From Mytilus californianus (lineage: Eukaryota), in the NCBI RefSeq assembly GCF_021869535.1, contig NW_026262679.1, positions 28,272,001 through 28,336,000 of the forward strand: a DNA stretch of 64,000 nucleotides, given 5' to 3'. Below, in pieces: positions 46,382 through 59,555 of the stretch. The notes beneath the pieces were generated by a model. The model was not told the DNA's origin. It did not search any database and saw only the letters and a program-made list of their open reading frames with translations. A program made the position numbers and the translations under genes. Positions within the stretch are counted from its first letter, which is position 1, and each line of letters opens with the position of its first letter.

Positions 46382-49300
46382 CTGCAAATAAAAGAGTGAG
46401 AAGATACAAAATTGTATATTATGTAGTATTTCTTTCAGGGGCTTGTATTTTAGATTCTCTCTTGTAAGTGCAAAAACTAACAGTGGATTTTATTAAAGCT
46501 ACTCAATTAATTCTTTTATCATCTCACTGCGTGCACCAACACTAAAAATGGTTATAAAATACCATAAAGCAATTAAAAAAACTTCGCATGAACTCTAAAA
46601 AGGAGCGTGCATGATGGTGAGAAGGGGGTTAGTGATTTCCTATGATAATGTACCTGTGAGTAAAGCAGTATGACGAGATCCACAACTGGCTTTTTGTATA
46701 TTAAATGTGTCCTGTAAATCTATCAAGCATGGGAGAGGGTGAATTTGTGCTGGGTCTACATTTTGTATAAACAATAAACTCTCCATCTTGTCTAAGTTTT
46801 GTCTTTCTGGTGAGTCATCAGCTAAAATGTCTCCTCCTACGGATGGTAAGGAACTGTCATCACTTTTTTCCTGTACAGGTTTGTTCATGTTATCATCGTT
46901 TATCACAATGTTTCCAATATTATGTCTAATTTGTGGTGTTGAAGTATCTTGTCGATGCGTATCTCCGTGTTTTTCTCGAACAGTGTTAGAGGGAAGGCCA
47001 AGTTGCCCACTTTCGTTCCAACCCCAGCAATATATATCTCCACATTCTAAACAAATAAGGTAAAAGGATAATTATAATATTCTAATTTAAGAATGCTCTG
47101 CAAAAATGAGATAAGTACTTTGTTTTGTGTTGCTATCTCATTAACGCATACTTAGATCTCCTTCTGTCCATGCAATGTAGTCAACTGTTTAATATTTCGA
47201 TAGTTCTTAATTATTTGTCTTGATAGATAATACAGTTATTATGCTAAGTCAGAAACCAGGATGGGAAGAAAACAGTCGTACAAGATATACACTATTCCAT
47301 CGTTAAAACCAGACTGTCGAAATTTAACATTGATGTTTAGCAGACAGTTTAGACTTCATTTAAAATTTTATCAAGTTTTTCCACTAGCTTGATTGATTGA
47401 TTGGTGTTTAACAAAACTTTCAGCACTCACTATAATTGCGCTATTTCGTAGAGGTCAGTTTTTATTGGTGGAGGAAGCCAGATTGCCCGTAGATAACCGC
47501 CGACCTTCGGTAGGAAAACTAGCAATACTATTTAATTAAGATTGGATTCGAGCGTACCTGCCACGTGCGGAATTGGAACCCACAACCTCAGTTTTGACAG
47601 GCTAGTGATATAGCAGTTCTACTTGGCCACCGAGGCCCCTGTTTTTCCAGTAGAAAATAAATAAATGTTTCGTTTCATGTTACCTGAAACACAAAGCGAA
47701 TGCCAGCCACCAGCTGCAACGGCTAACATTTTGAGTCCCGCTAAGCTGTCTATCAACTTTGGTTCCTTTGTACTGTCCACTGTTCCATGACCAAGCTGTC
47801 CTCGACTGAATGAAAATGAATACACAGTAATATAAGGCAATTACAGTTCTTATACGACAAAGTAAAGCATTAGTGAAAGCAAGTGAAGACACATCATTGC
47901 GACTAACACAGTTAAGTACTGGACACAGTAGAATGCAGGAAAAGCTACATATATATCGGCAAGAGCAATAGCTATATCAAATCTGGTAAAACGATACAAT
48001 ATCTTCTGAGGTGTTATACAAAGAAAAGTGCATAAAAAAGAGGCATAAAATATTTAAAAGTTTTTGGTACCTTTAAAATCTAGGCCAAATCTTACTGGGG
48101 AAAAAACAGACAGAAACTGCATAACCAATCATTTATTATATAGTAAAGCACACGAAGAAGAACAATACAACGAATACAAGAAACAATTAAAGTTAAATCA
48201 ATAATAGCTATTTATTAAAGTGACATATGTTTATTGGCAAAATTCATTTCCAAAGATTTTCGATGATCTGAGAACTACAAAAACATTGTGTACACGTACG
48301 GCAAACAACGCCATATCACCATTGTGGCCGATTCAATTCATGAAAATGTAATTCACTGATTTTATTTTTATATACATAGAATATTACATTTATATTACAA
48401 TTCCTTATTTAAGTAATACTTATAACTTTCTGGATTTATTTTTTAACATCTGGGAAATGACTTTTAATGATAATTCTATTTCTAAGCATCCTTTTAATTC
48501 CTGTTGAAAAAATAAAGTGATCAAACTATTTTACAAGAGGAAGTACATCTCCTTTTTATACTTGTATCTTGTTATGTTCGAAATTTTTCTACATACGTTC
48601 CTCCTCCAAACGTGAGGACTGTGCCATACGTAGTTAAAAGTAAGATATGTTCCTTCCCACAGCTAACTGCAGCCACTTTATCTGTACATAGAGGTACTAA
48701 TGGTAATGATAATGTTGGTATAATATCTGCATCTTCGCATCTGATATCTTTTCCTATTTTACATAATATGTTCTCGCTTATGAAACATGTCTTGGTATCT
48801 GTAATAATATAAACTGAAACTCAATACTAAATATGGTGGAAAATGTCACAATAAGTATCTAATTAGAGTTTTGCTGTACATGGCGCATGCTACGAAATTG
48901 GCTCATATTGTACTGTGTAAGTAAAAACTAAGTTATACAAGCATATGAACTTACTGTCCTTTGCATGATATTTAGATATAATAATGATTGACTGATTGAA
49001 TGTTGGTAAACGGTCGTCTGCAAAACATTAAATGCATATACAAGATATTAATATCTTATAATATGTAATCGTCCGTTTGAATTCTATAAATCTTTAAATA
49101 AAAATATTTCAAAAATCAAATTTTCAACTTCGTTGCCTATTTTGCAGTGTATATTTATATGTGTAGTACTAGCATACAAACTACGACAATTATGTTTATA
49201 TTTTTTTCTTTAGCTAATTAAAAAGTTGTTCCTTATAGATCTACTGTTATAAAGCCCTGCTTTGTACAATACCGACACTTTCAGTTGGATTTTTCACATG

Positions 49301-51953
49301 CTAGCTCACACGGGAACAGCAAACACATTATTCTGAGTATGGACCAACCTGTCTTTGTTATTAAGTCTAACTGTCGCGTGATTGTCAGGTTATATCATTT
49401 TTTTAATGATGTAAAGACGTGTAGTTAGGTAATGTTATAATGTCTTGTATTCATAATTCAATATGAAAAGTGATCATTGGACAAAATATGCATGAAACGC
49501 TCCAGTGATGTGGGCTTTAACGTTATTTTAATGAACCGTAATTTTGGTCAATTTTACAACACTTCTGTAAATATAGACATACCTAAAATAATTATGAGAT
49601 CTTTGTCCGTTGCAGTAAGATGACTAATCTGACCTTTATGTTGCTGTTTGTCATGAAATTGGACCAGAAAATATTTCGATTTGTCTGTTATCATATAAAA
49701 TTGTTCGAAATTGTTTACAAATACTAGATTTTCACCCACAAATGTAAGGTTTTTAATGACAGATCCAGAAATTTTGTGAAGAATTTGGTCGTATATCGCA
49801 TGTTGGTAGCCCAATACTTCTTGTGTTCCGTCATCTGAAAGACAATAACTTTATTCAAACGTGTAAAATCTAAAAGAATGATTAAGAAAATTAGTATTAG
49901 TATAATAAAAAAATCATTATATAAACAACACATATCTGAAAGGAGATAGAGCAGATTGTTATCCTGAGAAAACATTGTCAACCGACGCGATACCATGCTT
50001 TTTCGAGTGGTTACAATCTGCTCTATCACCTGTTCAGCTATGTGTTATTCAATTTATTTTACTGAATCATCTGTCATATTTGTCTTTTAAATTTTAAATT
50101 GAATGTAATAAAATATGACTTCATGTACATAGCAACGCTACATTCATTAGAAAAGTGTTATATCAAGGTATATAAGTATTTTTTCAGAGACAAGTGACTG
50201 TGCAAAGACAGAAGCGTAAATCTTGAACATTTTCTTTAAAAATTATGGATGTAAATTTAATTCATTGTCTTTTAAATAATCGATTTTGGATTGATCTTCA
50301 CGAGAGGGTGAAATTCAAAAATTGTCTCCCGCTGAGACATGGGATGGAGTAAAATGTTTCCAAATCAAAACCTAGCATTTTGACGTGAAGTATAATAATA
50401 AAGATTAATTAAGCAATGCGAACCCAACCATAAACACGTGGTTAAAATAGGAGCTACGAAAATATAAGTAGTCCTGCTCCACTAGTGGCAGTTAACTATA
50501 TGATTAAAAGTGCATTGTAAAGATATCATTTAACTAACAAATAAAGATTACAATGGATCACTTAATATGATAAAATATTACATGCATAAACGTCTCTTTA
50601 CATTTTCAAATAAGGAACACCTAGCAAAAGATGTGATTCTGTGTTGGTAGGATAGTAATTAATTATTCAAAAATGTGTTATTGCTCAATTGCAGTTTATC
50701 GATTTTATCAACAACAATCATACTACAAACACACAAAAATCATGTCTTCAAATAGACAAATGCACTGCTATATGAGGACACGTACAATCTCCTCCTGTCC
50801 GAAGTTTTTAACATGGTGCATGTGAACAAAGGAAAACACAACGATAGTGCATGATCACATTATGTTCAAAACAATGTGTAGAAACTTATTCAACAATTAA
50901 AACTATTTAATAATTATAGTGTTAGAATGTACGTAGGCTACGCTTGGGTACATGAAAAAAAACCACATTTAAGATAAAACAATTGAAAACATGTATAACA
51001 ACTTTGACATGTTTGACAAGAATTTATGTAAGGAACTTGAAAACGAAGACTTGTCCCGGCAATTGTAAGCCGGTCTGGATGGAGTTTACAGCATAGAGAA
51101 CAATATCACAAAAGAGCAGAAAAAAAGGCAAAAAAGAATAGAGAAAATCGGCAAAAAAACCCCGAAAGAAAAGAGAATAATGGTCAAAATAAATGAAGAA
51201 TAAGAGAAAATGATCTAAAAAGTTAAAGAATAAATAAATCCAGACCCACATTTATCCTAGGCTTATCTTCTCAGAAGATCAGGCATATAATAAAGCTATG
51301 ACAACTAATGGGAAACAGAGTGCATGATTAGTTCTCTTTATAATGCTCTACACAACAAACTGATGTATAACTATATTAAGCTAGACTAAGTATTAAACAA
51401 TGGCATTTTGACAAACGTATCATTATGGCGATTCTTTGTTGTTTATATGGTGTTCATTGTACAGGTAAACATCTACAAATGTATATAATATATATATTTA
51501 TATTATTTATTCCACTGATACGGGAGTGACCCTTAAAAAGGGTCAATTTTAAAGTACCAGACAGAAAACTGACAGGTCACTGGTATAATCTACCCTCAGT
51601 ATCAATATCAAAAGCATCACCTCCTCCAAAATATCTAAAGATATATTATATACTTATATAATATGAATATTAATATGTGGGAGAGTACACTATAAACCTT
51701 GCCATTGTCGGAAATGTCCCCGGTCCCGTTTCTTCTGGTTCAGTGAGTGACAACAGATAATATATAAACTGACTGAAATTAGTCACCTAGAGTTTGACTA
51801 TGTACAGTGTGTTCTTAACTTTTACTAAAGATACTTGCCAAACTGAACTGTTGTGTTACTCCATGATGTTTTTATTCTGGTGACGTTCTTTTCATTTAAT
51901 ATTTTTAATGCTTTATCGTCCATAAATTCGCCAAAGCCATGGACGTTAACCAT
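46215..51953 (-). CDS. RCCD1: RCC1 domain-containing protein 1, complete, 416 aa, 6 exons
   Basis: Join 51953-51839, 49834-49583, 48798-48597, 47805-47684, 47046-46654, 46381-46215 = 1251 nt in frame. Motifs RGQLGHG, VAAGGWHSLCVS, GDIYCWGWNESGQLGLP, KASCGSRHTA, HCGPWSTY match human RCCD1 as I recall it. Confidence 0.9.
46654..47046 (-). CDS. RCCD1: RCCD1 exon 5
   Basis: tttAG|AA TGT GGA; CGDIYCWGWNESGQLGLPS...ASCGSRHTALLT G|GTACAT. Confidence 0.92.
47389..47639 (-). mobile_element. tRNA-derived SINE in RCCD1 intron 4
   Basis: A box TGGCCAAGTAG (47629-47619), B-box-like GGTTCCAATTCC (47580-47569), (CAAT)n tail at ~47389-47403. Confidence 0.75.
47684..47805 (-). CDS. RCCD1: RCCD1 exon 4
   Basis: ttcAG|T; RGQLGHGTVDSTKEPKLIDSLAGLKMLAVAAGGWHSLCVS G|GTAAC. 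Confidence 0.93.
48597..48798 (-). CDS. RCCD1: RCCD1 exon 3
   Basis: tacAG|AT; TKTCFISEN...AVSCGKEHILLLTTYGTVLTFGGG AC|GTATGT. Confidence 0.9.
49583..49834 (-). CDS. RCCD1: RCCD1 exon 2
   Basis: ttcAG|AT; DGTQEVLGYQHAIYDQ...DKDLIIIL G|GTATGT; phases fit both neighbours. Confidence 0.82.
51839..51953 (-). CDS. RCCD1: RCCD1 exon 1 (GC donor)
   Basis: MVNVHGFGEFMDDKALKILNEKNVTRIKTSWSNTTVQF G|GCAAGT; GFG and SWS motifs align to the human N-terminus. Confidence 0.8.
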
Positions 51954-52291
51954 ATTTCTTTTGTTGTTGTTGTTGTGCCATGTGCTTGAAGACTGGGTTC
52001 CGTTTTTGACGAGGTTGTGTGAAACCAGTAAACAAATATAATGATATTCAATATTTGTTCTTTTGTTTCCAATTATTCGTGCATGTGTGTATTTAGAATA
52101 TTTTGAATGAAGCTTCTTGGGAAAGATTTATTAATAAATTAATAAACACGAATGTAAATCTGCAAAAAAATGGAAGCTCAGCGACATTTTATTTACGTCG
52201 TTGTGCTGTGTTGTTTAATGTCTGTCTTTTGGCGATTAAGATGGGAAATAATTTCAGCCAATCGCAACTCTTCATATTATTCATTTCCAAA
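51954..52291. promoter_or_regulatory. Putative bidirectional promoter shared by RCCD1 and PSMD4
   Basis: Divergent start codons separated by 338 bp; CCAAT box AGCCAATC at 52256-52263. Confidence 0.7.
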
Positions 52292-52317
52292 ATGGTTCTC
52301 GAAAGTACCATTGTCTG
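52292..52317 (+). CDS. PSMD4: PSMD4 exon 1
   Basis: ATG GTT CTC GAA AGT ACC ATT GTC TG|GTAAAA. Confidence 0.92.
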
Positions 52318-55300
52318 GTAAAAAAACATAAAATAATATTTGTTCCCCTCACACTTAAGCTTAAAAGATAAGATACACATTTCGGTAGAGAACTGATGTA
52401 AACTTGCATATCGTATCGTATCCTCTATACCCTATTGAAGGCACTTAATGTGTGAAAATCAATTGCCATTTATACGTTATAACGATGATGATTTAGCGAT
52501 TTTGAAAATCAACATCATCGTTTGGATCCATTCGTCCCAAAAAAGGAATATCAATAATCATTTCATTTAAAAAGAATTCGGATTTGTTAACATCCCGCTT
52601 ATAATTTAATACTCTTATAGAATAATATGAGGCCGGTGTTACCTACATGTATGAACATGATGAAAGGGGACGATGTAGGGCCAACATAATTTTAAGAATA
52701 CTTTTACGATATCCCTATCCCGTTTACAACAGATTTATATATATAAATATTTATTGTCCAAAAATTCCCAGCACAACTCCTGGTAGAAAAGTAAGTGAAT
52801 TATGGAAACTTATCTGATGTTAAATGCTATCTCAAAACTGAAGCAGTTTTTGTCTCGCCTTGACGGAGTCAAAAAGTGAGAAATAGGTATGCTGGTTCCG
52901 GTAGCATTGACTGCATCAACAATGCATAAGATTGTGATTAGATCAGTTTTTGGGGAACCACTTGTGGTACATGTGCATTTGTAGGTCAATGATATTTGGT
53001 ATGCAGTTGTATAAGCATTGGCACATCTCATTTCCATGGAGATTATTTGTCCCCGCCACCTCAGTCATGGTCTATTGACTTAAAAAAATTTGCTGAGATT
53101 ACATGTATCAGTTTGTGATTAGATCAGTTTATGGGGAACCACTAGTCATGCTAGTGTTAGGTGATTGATATTTGGTTTGCAGATGAAAAAGAATTGGCAC
53201 AACTTATTTCCATGGAGATTATTTGGCCCCGCCCTCCAAGTCATGGTCTATTGACTTTGAAACTTTTGCTTAGTTTACATGTATTAGTTTGTGATTAGGT
53301 CAGTTTATGGGGAACCACTAGTGGTAGGTCATTGATATTTGGTATGCAGTTGTATTAGCATTGGCACATCTCATTTTCATGGAGATTGTTTGACCTCATC
53401 CCCTCAGTAGTGGTCTATTGACTGAAACTTTTGCATGCATTAGTTTGTGATTAGGTCAGTTTATTGGGAACCACTAGTGGAAGGTCAGTGATATTTGGTA
53501 TACAGTTATATTAGCATAGACACATCTCGTTTCAATGGAGATTGTTTGGCCCTGTACCTTTAGTCGTGGTTCATTGACTTTGAATATTTTGCATAACTTC
53601 CATGTTGAGTATCGTCTTTTAATTTCAACATTTGATTTTTTACCATCAAAAAAACAAAAAGGCAAGAAGTATCTCTGTGTTAACAGTTTATTTCTCATAT
53701 CAAATGGTCGTCTTCCAAAAGACACTTTACCAAATTGTAAAAAATTACTTCCCAACATATTTTTGATTTCTGTTAAAAAAGTAACGGAAAGGCAGAATCG
53801 TTTTCCGTTGTTGGTCCTGTTGTTAGGGATTTAAATTATGACATCATTTTTAATGTAAACAAAGAAATATTATTTTCAAGTAATGCTTTTTTTCTTCACA
53901 TTGATATGAAGTAGTATTTAAATAATAAAATATAATAATTTTTAGCTTAAAACAACAAATTAAGATACAAAGTTGGCTTATTATTTATCTTCGTTTATCA
54001 GAAACAAAACACTGCTTGGTTGATCAGGTGAGAACTTTCCCTCGAGAATTCATTTTGTTTGCTATAAAATTGTATGTTGAATAAGCAAGACTCATTTGAA
54101 AATGATGATGATTTTATTTTCATTTTTTAACTGCTAATATTCTTTTTGTAATCAGATGCAACAAATTTGCGGGAAACCCTTTGAAGCTCCTTCGTATATT
54201 TTAATTGAATCACTTGAATGTATCTCTTTTCTGGTCTTGATTATTCTCAGTCAACTTTTATGGGTGTCATAGTTATAAAATGTTAGATTATATTTTGGAG
54301 AACGTTGTAGTCTTTTTCCCGCACCAAGTTTTGTTTTCTTTTGTTGAAAAAAGAGAACCAATTGACTTTGGTTAAAATTCGGAAGAAAGATATTTTAACT
54401 GAATAAGTATATCCACATCATCATGGCAGTAACCTTTGCTGTTGAATGATTTAAAACTTTTTCAGTTAAAATATAATTTTACAATGTTAAAGTTCTGTTA
54501 ACAACATTATTACAGTCAGTAAAAGGTAGGATGAGAGATACCATGCATGTAATAATATTTTTTTAAGAGAAACTCATGTACAGCTAAGATAAAGATTACA
54601 ACTAAAATATATTGGAGGTACATTTTGTATTCATAACAGTCAAAAAAAGATTGGCAATTAGAGGTTTGAAGTTTTGTACCCTTAGGAATTCAAATAAATG
54701 GCCATAAAAATCATTGTCATGCATGAAATGTAAAGCCTAAATCATGTCCTAACCTTTTGTTGATGATACACTTGTATTTTATCTACTTTGATATGTGTTT
54801 CAGTGTTGACAACAGTGATTATATGAGAAATGGAGACTTTGTTCCTACCAGACTGCAGGCCCAACAAGATGCTGTCAATCTTGTTTGTCACTCAAAAACT
54901 AGATCTAATCCAGAAAATAATGTTGGACTATTAGTTATGTCTCAGTAAGTTGAAGGGAAACAATGTTGGGCTATTAGTTATGTCTCAGTAAGTTGAAGGG
55001 AAGTAATGTTGTTCATTAAAATTAAAATTGTTAAAGTAAAATACATGTATATGCAGATGCACATACTTTAGAAATTAATGCTTTTTTTTGAAAATTTATA
55101 GAATGAAAGTAAATGACTACCAAATTTATGTATCAAGCACAAAAGCACTTCTTTAAAAATGTGAAAATCAATTGTTTTCATTTTGTTACGGGTTAAAGAA
55201 AAAAGCATCTAGTTCTTATATTTAAGTGACACTTCAATTTCAAAGAAGTTCCCTCATAAAGTATTTATTACAAAAAGTGTAAGTATCGATGATTATTATA

Positions 55301-58300
55301 TATTAAAAGGATAACAATTTATAGTTTCAAATTTCTATAACTATTTATTCATATTTACAATAATGTAGACATTAAACTTGGTTGCAAGTGCGCATAGTTC
55401 CACAAACAATATGTAAAAATAATGTTAATTTATTAATCAGAGCTAATATTTCTATTCTTGGGTTACTTTTACATAAATTTGAAATATGACAATCAGATGA
55501 TTTATCTTGCAGTCAATTAAAACTAAGCAAAAGTTGCCTGCTAGCTAGTAGATTTGTAGGTTACGTTGTATACAGTACTTAAGTTACATAATTATATACA
55601 CTTACCATGCACTGTAAAGGCTAAATAACGGAAATGTAAAAAAGTTTGAAATTATTAATTTGACTTTAACAATATTTTTTTGGTGGTTCTGACAGTCTTC
55701 ACGATGAACTTTTGAAATTACAGGCCCCGAGCTAAATTTTTTGAAAAATTTAGTTAGATTCTGTTGGCCTGTAGAGATGAATTTTACAGGCCTGAAAGCA
55801 ATGATACAAGCCTGGGATGCTGGTCTTGTGGTTTAGCGTGGACTGTTCTGAACATTCTGCTTTTTCTCTCTTATGTAATGCTAATTTCAAAGTGACCTGT
55901 TGTATTATTCATAAATTGAACCAATGTAAACCTATTTCTGGCTTATATTTCTCTAAGTTATGACATTTACTTTTGGTGTGAGTGATATTGACCATAATCT
56001 AACATGACATAAAACTGGAATCATTTTATGTTCCTCAATGACAAAAATGTTTGCAAAATATTAAAGATATATGGAATATGTCTTGACAAACAATACATTG
56101 CAATGAAAAAATCTGGGTCATTTTACTTAATCTTCCTTTTTCTGTCAGACTTGTCAATATTTCATTACTTGAATATACAAATGAATGTACTATTAAGTTT
56201 AATTTAAATTCATATAGTTAAAATAATAAATAGTTATGTCCTGATAAAAAACTTTCCAGCCAGGTCTACTCATAAAACCTGACCCATAGTGAGGGGAATA
56301 TTACTTTTTATTGTGATTGTAGAACTTGCAAAAGATTTACAATAATTGGTTTCCATTCTCTAACTTTAGTTTGCCTCAACCAAATGTTATGAAACTTACA
56401 CACAATGCTTATTACCACAAAACACAGATCAAGTTCGAATTTGGGTGGCATCACTTTTACCGTTCTAGAGTTGTGCCCCTTTACAAATGGAAAAATTGCA
56501 GAATTTTTCGTTTCCGTTCTCAAACTTTAGTTTGCCTTAACCAAATGTTATGAATCTTAAACACAATGCTTATGACTACAAATCACAGATCAAGTTTGAA
56601 TTTTGGTGGCGTCACTTTTACGGTTCTAGAGTTATGCCCCTTTACAAATGGAAAAATTGCTGAATTTTTCTTTCCATTCTCTGACTTAAGTTTGTGTCAA
56701 CCAAATTTATGAAACTTATACACAATGCTTATTACTACAAAACTCAGATCAAGTACAAATTTGGGTAGCGTCACTTTTACAGTTCTTGATTTATGTCCCT
56801 TTATAACGTTATATGCAAGCGGGGGCTTCATCTGTGTCCCATGGACACATTCACCATTTATTTTTTAATCATACAGAATACTTGTAGTTCTGAGCTGGTA
56901 ATATACATGTAGTATACATTATGATAGAATCAGGAATTAATTTTCACAGTGTGTCTTTCTTCTTTTCAGTGTTGAAGTTTTGGTCACCTTGACCACAGAT
57001 GCTGGAAGGGTTTTAAGTAAGCTTCATCAGGTTCAACCGATGGGAGAAATTAAATTTGGAACAGCACTTAAAGTTGCACATGTAAGTCTTTAGAAGAAAA
57101 GATGAATCAGAAATATTAAGATTAGGTCGAGTATATCACATCATGCAATAAATCTGAAAATGTATCATCAGCCTGAAGATTCACATAAGATTCTCTCAAA
57201 ATCTTATTCTTTTAGTAAATTGAACTAGTTTCAATTGTTTGTAATTTTTTGTCAGATGTTATATATGTATACGGTAGATTCATTATTATTCATGGAGCAC
57301 CAGTTTCATGGATTTCATTGGTGTAGTTAAACCATGAATTCCAGTGTTCACCAAAGTATAAATTTCCTATAAGCTTGTATTGAAACTCTGGCAAATATAC
57401 TTTTTTTCAATCCATGAAAATTGGTACCCACAAAAAAATAAATCCATATTTAGTTATATTCTGAAACTTAGAATACATCATATCTTGTATTATATATTGG
57501 TTATACACATATATATTAAAGGATTAAACAACTTGATCAGGTTTTTTCACATTAAGTACATTGTAATACATTTACAAACTATATCTGAGTAAGGAAATAG
57601 GTATTTATCATTTAACATGAAGCATGGTATCATGTTGTTGTAGAACAAATAAAATAAAAAATATTTCTGTAATACCTGTGTCAGATAAGAATTTACTGAT
57701 GTGTCTAAGATAAGAAAATTCTTGAATACTGTAAATTTATTTATAGCTTGCACTTAAGCACAGACAAGGAAGGAATCATAAAATGAGGATTGTATTCTTT
57801 GTTGGTAGTCCTGTTGAAGATGAAGAAAAAGAGGTTAGTTTGACATTTAAAATGTATTGTACTAAAAAACTAACCTGGTTCACAGATGATCTGTTTGAAA
57901 TGGTAATCTTTAAAGGAATAATTGATACGAGGCTAAAGATAACTACAAAATTTATATGATGGCTTTCCAGAATTATAGTTGATTACCCTAATGAATCATC
58001 CAACAAGGACAAGGTTGCCATTGCACATAAAAATTTAAAAAATGAGTAGAATATTTATTAAAATTTCATGTAGTAGACCATAATCATATCTGCAAGCTAT
58101 CAGAAGATAGAATAATTGGAAGAAGAAAAACAATAAAAAATGAAGACAAATTAGTATTTATTCACTATTCATTACAACAAAACTGATGAATGAATCAGTT
58201 TTAGTTGCATCTATTTGTTTTCCTTCTGATGTTAGAAACTTTCATGATTAAAGCTTTGTCCATGGAGATCAGTGCTGTTGATTGATCAACAAAAAATTAA

Positions 58301-59250
58301 CAAATGTGTCTTTTTCTGTTATAAAAATTGATTTTGTCTTGTTTATTATAGTTGGTAAAACTTGCAAAGAAACTGAAGAAAGAAAAAGTCCAGATAGATA
58401 TAGTTAATTTTGGAGAAGAGGTCTGTATAGTAGATTGTTTTGGATAACTCATACTGAAATGTTGCAGGAATTAGAAAATTCCTTGGATAATTATATCCCC
58501 ATTCTAAAGGAGAGTGTATACTGGTTAAGTTCAGTCTATCCAATGAAATTTTTATCACTTTTTTCTGATCCATGGAACTTTACTTCCAAGATACTTGTGA
58601 GCGTGCTATACCATTTTATGTGTTTTCACATCTATTCCTCATTAACTACGTGTTAATTGAATACTTAAAGTTCCTAAACATAATGGCTCTGTATGAAATT
58701 TTTGTCCCATTTTTCCTTGAATTTGGTAATAAGCTGCTGTACAATGTGATTTGTTGTCACAGTTCATCTTGGTTGTGGTTTAATAAAAAATACAAAAACA
58801 AACTAAACAAAACAAAACAAGAAAACAGCTATATGCAACCATTTGTTTTAAGAAAAAAAATAATGCATAAAAGAAAAATTCAGTCATTGGAACAAAATTG
58901 CAAAGATCATAATGGATGAACTTAGATACAAAAAAAAAGACCTATGTTTTAGATCCTTGCTTAGAGATGCAACTATTGATATATTTAGTCAAGCGTTATT
59001 GAAAAATTCCCTAGAAGTATACTTCTGCAGTAGTTTTGAAATACATCATTAATATTTAAAACCATTGTGAATTTAATAATAAATAAATTCCCTTCCACAG
59101 TGACACCAGCACACTCCATTAGAATAATTCACAAATCTGTAGTTCCATACAAGTAAATATGGTGTATATATTGGTTTATATTTTACAGGCAGTCAACACA
59201 GATAAATTGACAGCATTAGTAAACACAATCAATGGAAAAGAAGGAACTGG
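52292..59250 (+). CDS. PSMD4: 26S proteasome non-ATPase regulatory subunit 4 (Rpn10/S5a), VWA domain; 3' part not in window
   Basis: Join 52292-52317, 54804-54944, 56970-57081, 57747-57833, 58352-58420, 59189-59250 gives [51 protein letters not shown]...[23 protein letters not shown]...[10 protein letters not shown]. Confidence 0.96.
52840..53695 (-). mobile_element. Helentron-type element in PSMD4 intron 1 (same family as 13705-14545)
   Basis: Reverse complement of the 13.7-14.5 kb element, including both ends. Confidence 0.82.
54804..54944 (+). CDS. PSMD4: PSMD4 exon 2
   Basis: ttcAG|T GTT GAC AAC ... ATG TCT CA|GTAAGT. Confidence 0.95.
56305..56860 (+). mobile_element. Helentron-type element with ~161-bp core x3 in PSMD4 intron 2
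   Basis: aactttagtttg at 56362, 56523, ~56683; terminal hairpin tgtgtcccatggacaca. Confidence 0.75.
56970..57081 (+). CDS. PSMD4: PSMD4 exon 3
   Basis: ttcAG|T; [37 protein letters not shown]|GTAAGT. Confidence 0.95.
57747..57833 (+). CDS. PSMD4: PSMD4 exon 4
   Basis: tatAG|[29 protein letters not shown]|GTTAGT. Confidence 0.95.
58352..58420 (+). CDS. PSMD4: PSMD4 exon 5
   Basis: tatAG|[23 protein letters not shown]|GTCTGT. Confidence 0.95.
59189..59250 (+). CDS. PSMD4: PSMD4 exon 6
   Basis: tacAG|[22 protein letters not shown]|GTAATG. Confidence 0.93.
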
Positions 59251-59555
59251 GTAATGATCAAATTTCTAATGTAAAGTTTTCATACTTTGTCAATTGGACT
59301 TGCTATCAAAGATATCAGGGACTGAATTTTGTTGGAAATTTATTTTACTGTAATCTGTCAGTGTAATGCAGGTGATATAGTTGTCATACTTTTTCTCCAA
59401 TCTTATTTGGATTTTAATGAAATATGAAGCTAAATTTCTGTCCCTTTTTCCTTTGGAAATTTAATCTTCATTATTTCACCCTTGTAAACCAAACTATGCA
59501 GGACTTCCCATTTTAATTTACTGTTAGTTTGTTCTTATCCTGAAAGTTCATGAAC

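Noticed and set aside
47565-47639. tRNA gene
   Set aside because: A and B boxes are present, but there is no complete cloverleaf and it continues into a SINE body with a (CAAT)n tail.
52189-52380. ORF as RCCD1 first exon
   Set aside because: No donor and no homology; it is antisense to PSMD4 exon 1. The true exon 1 is 51953-51839.
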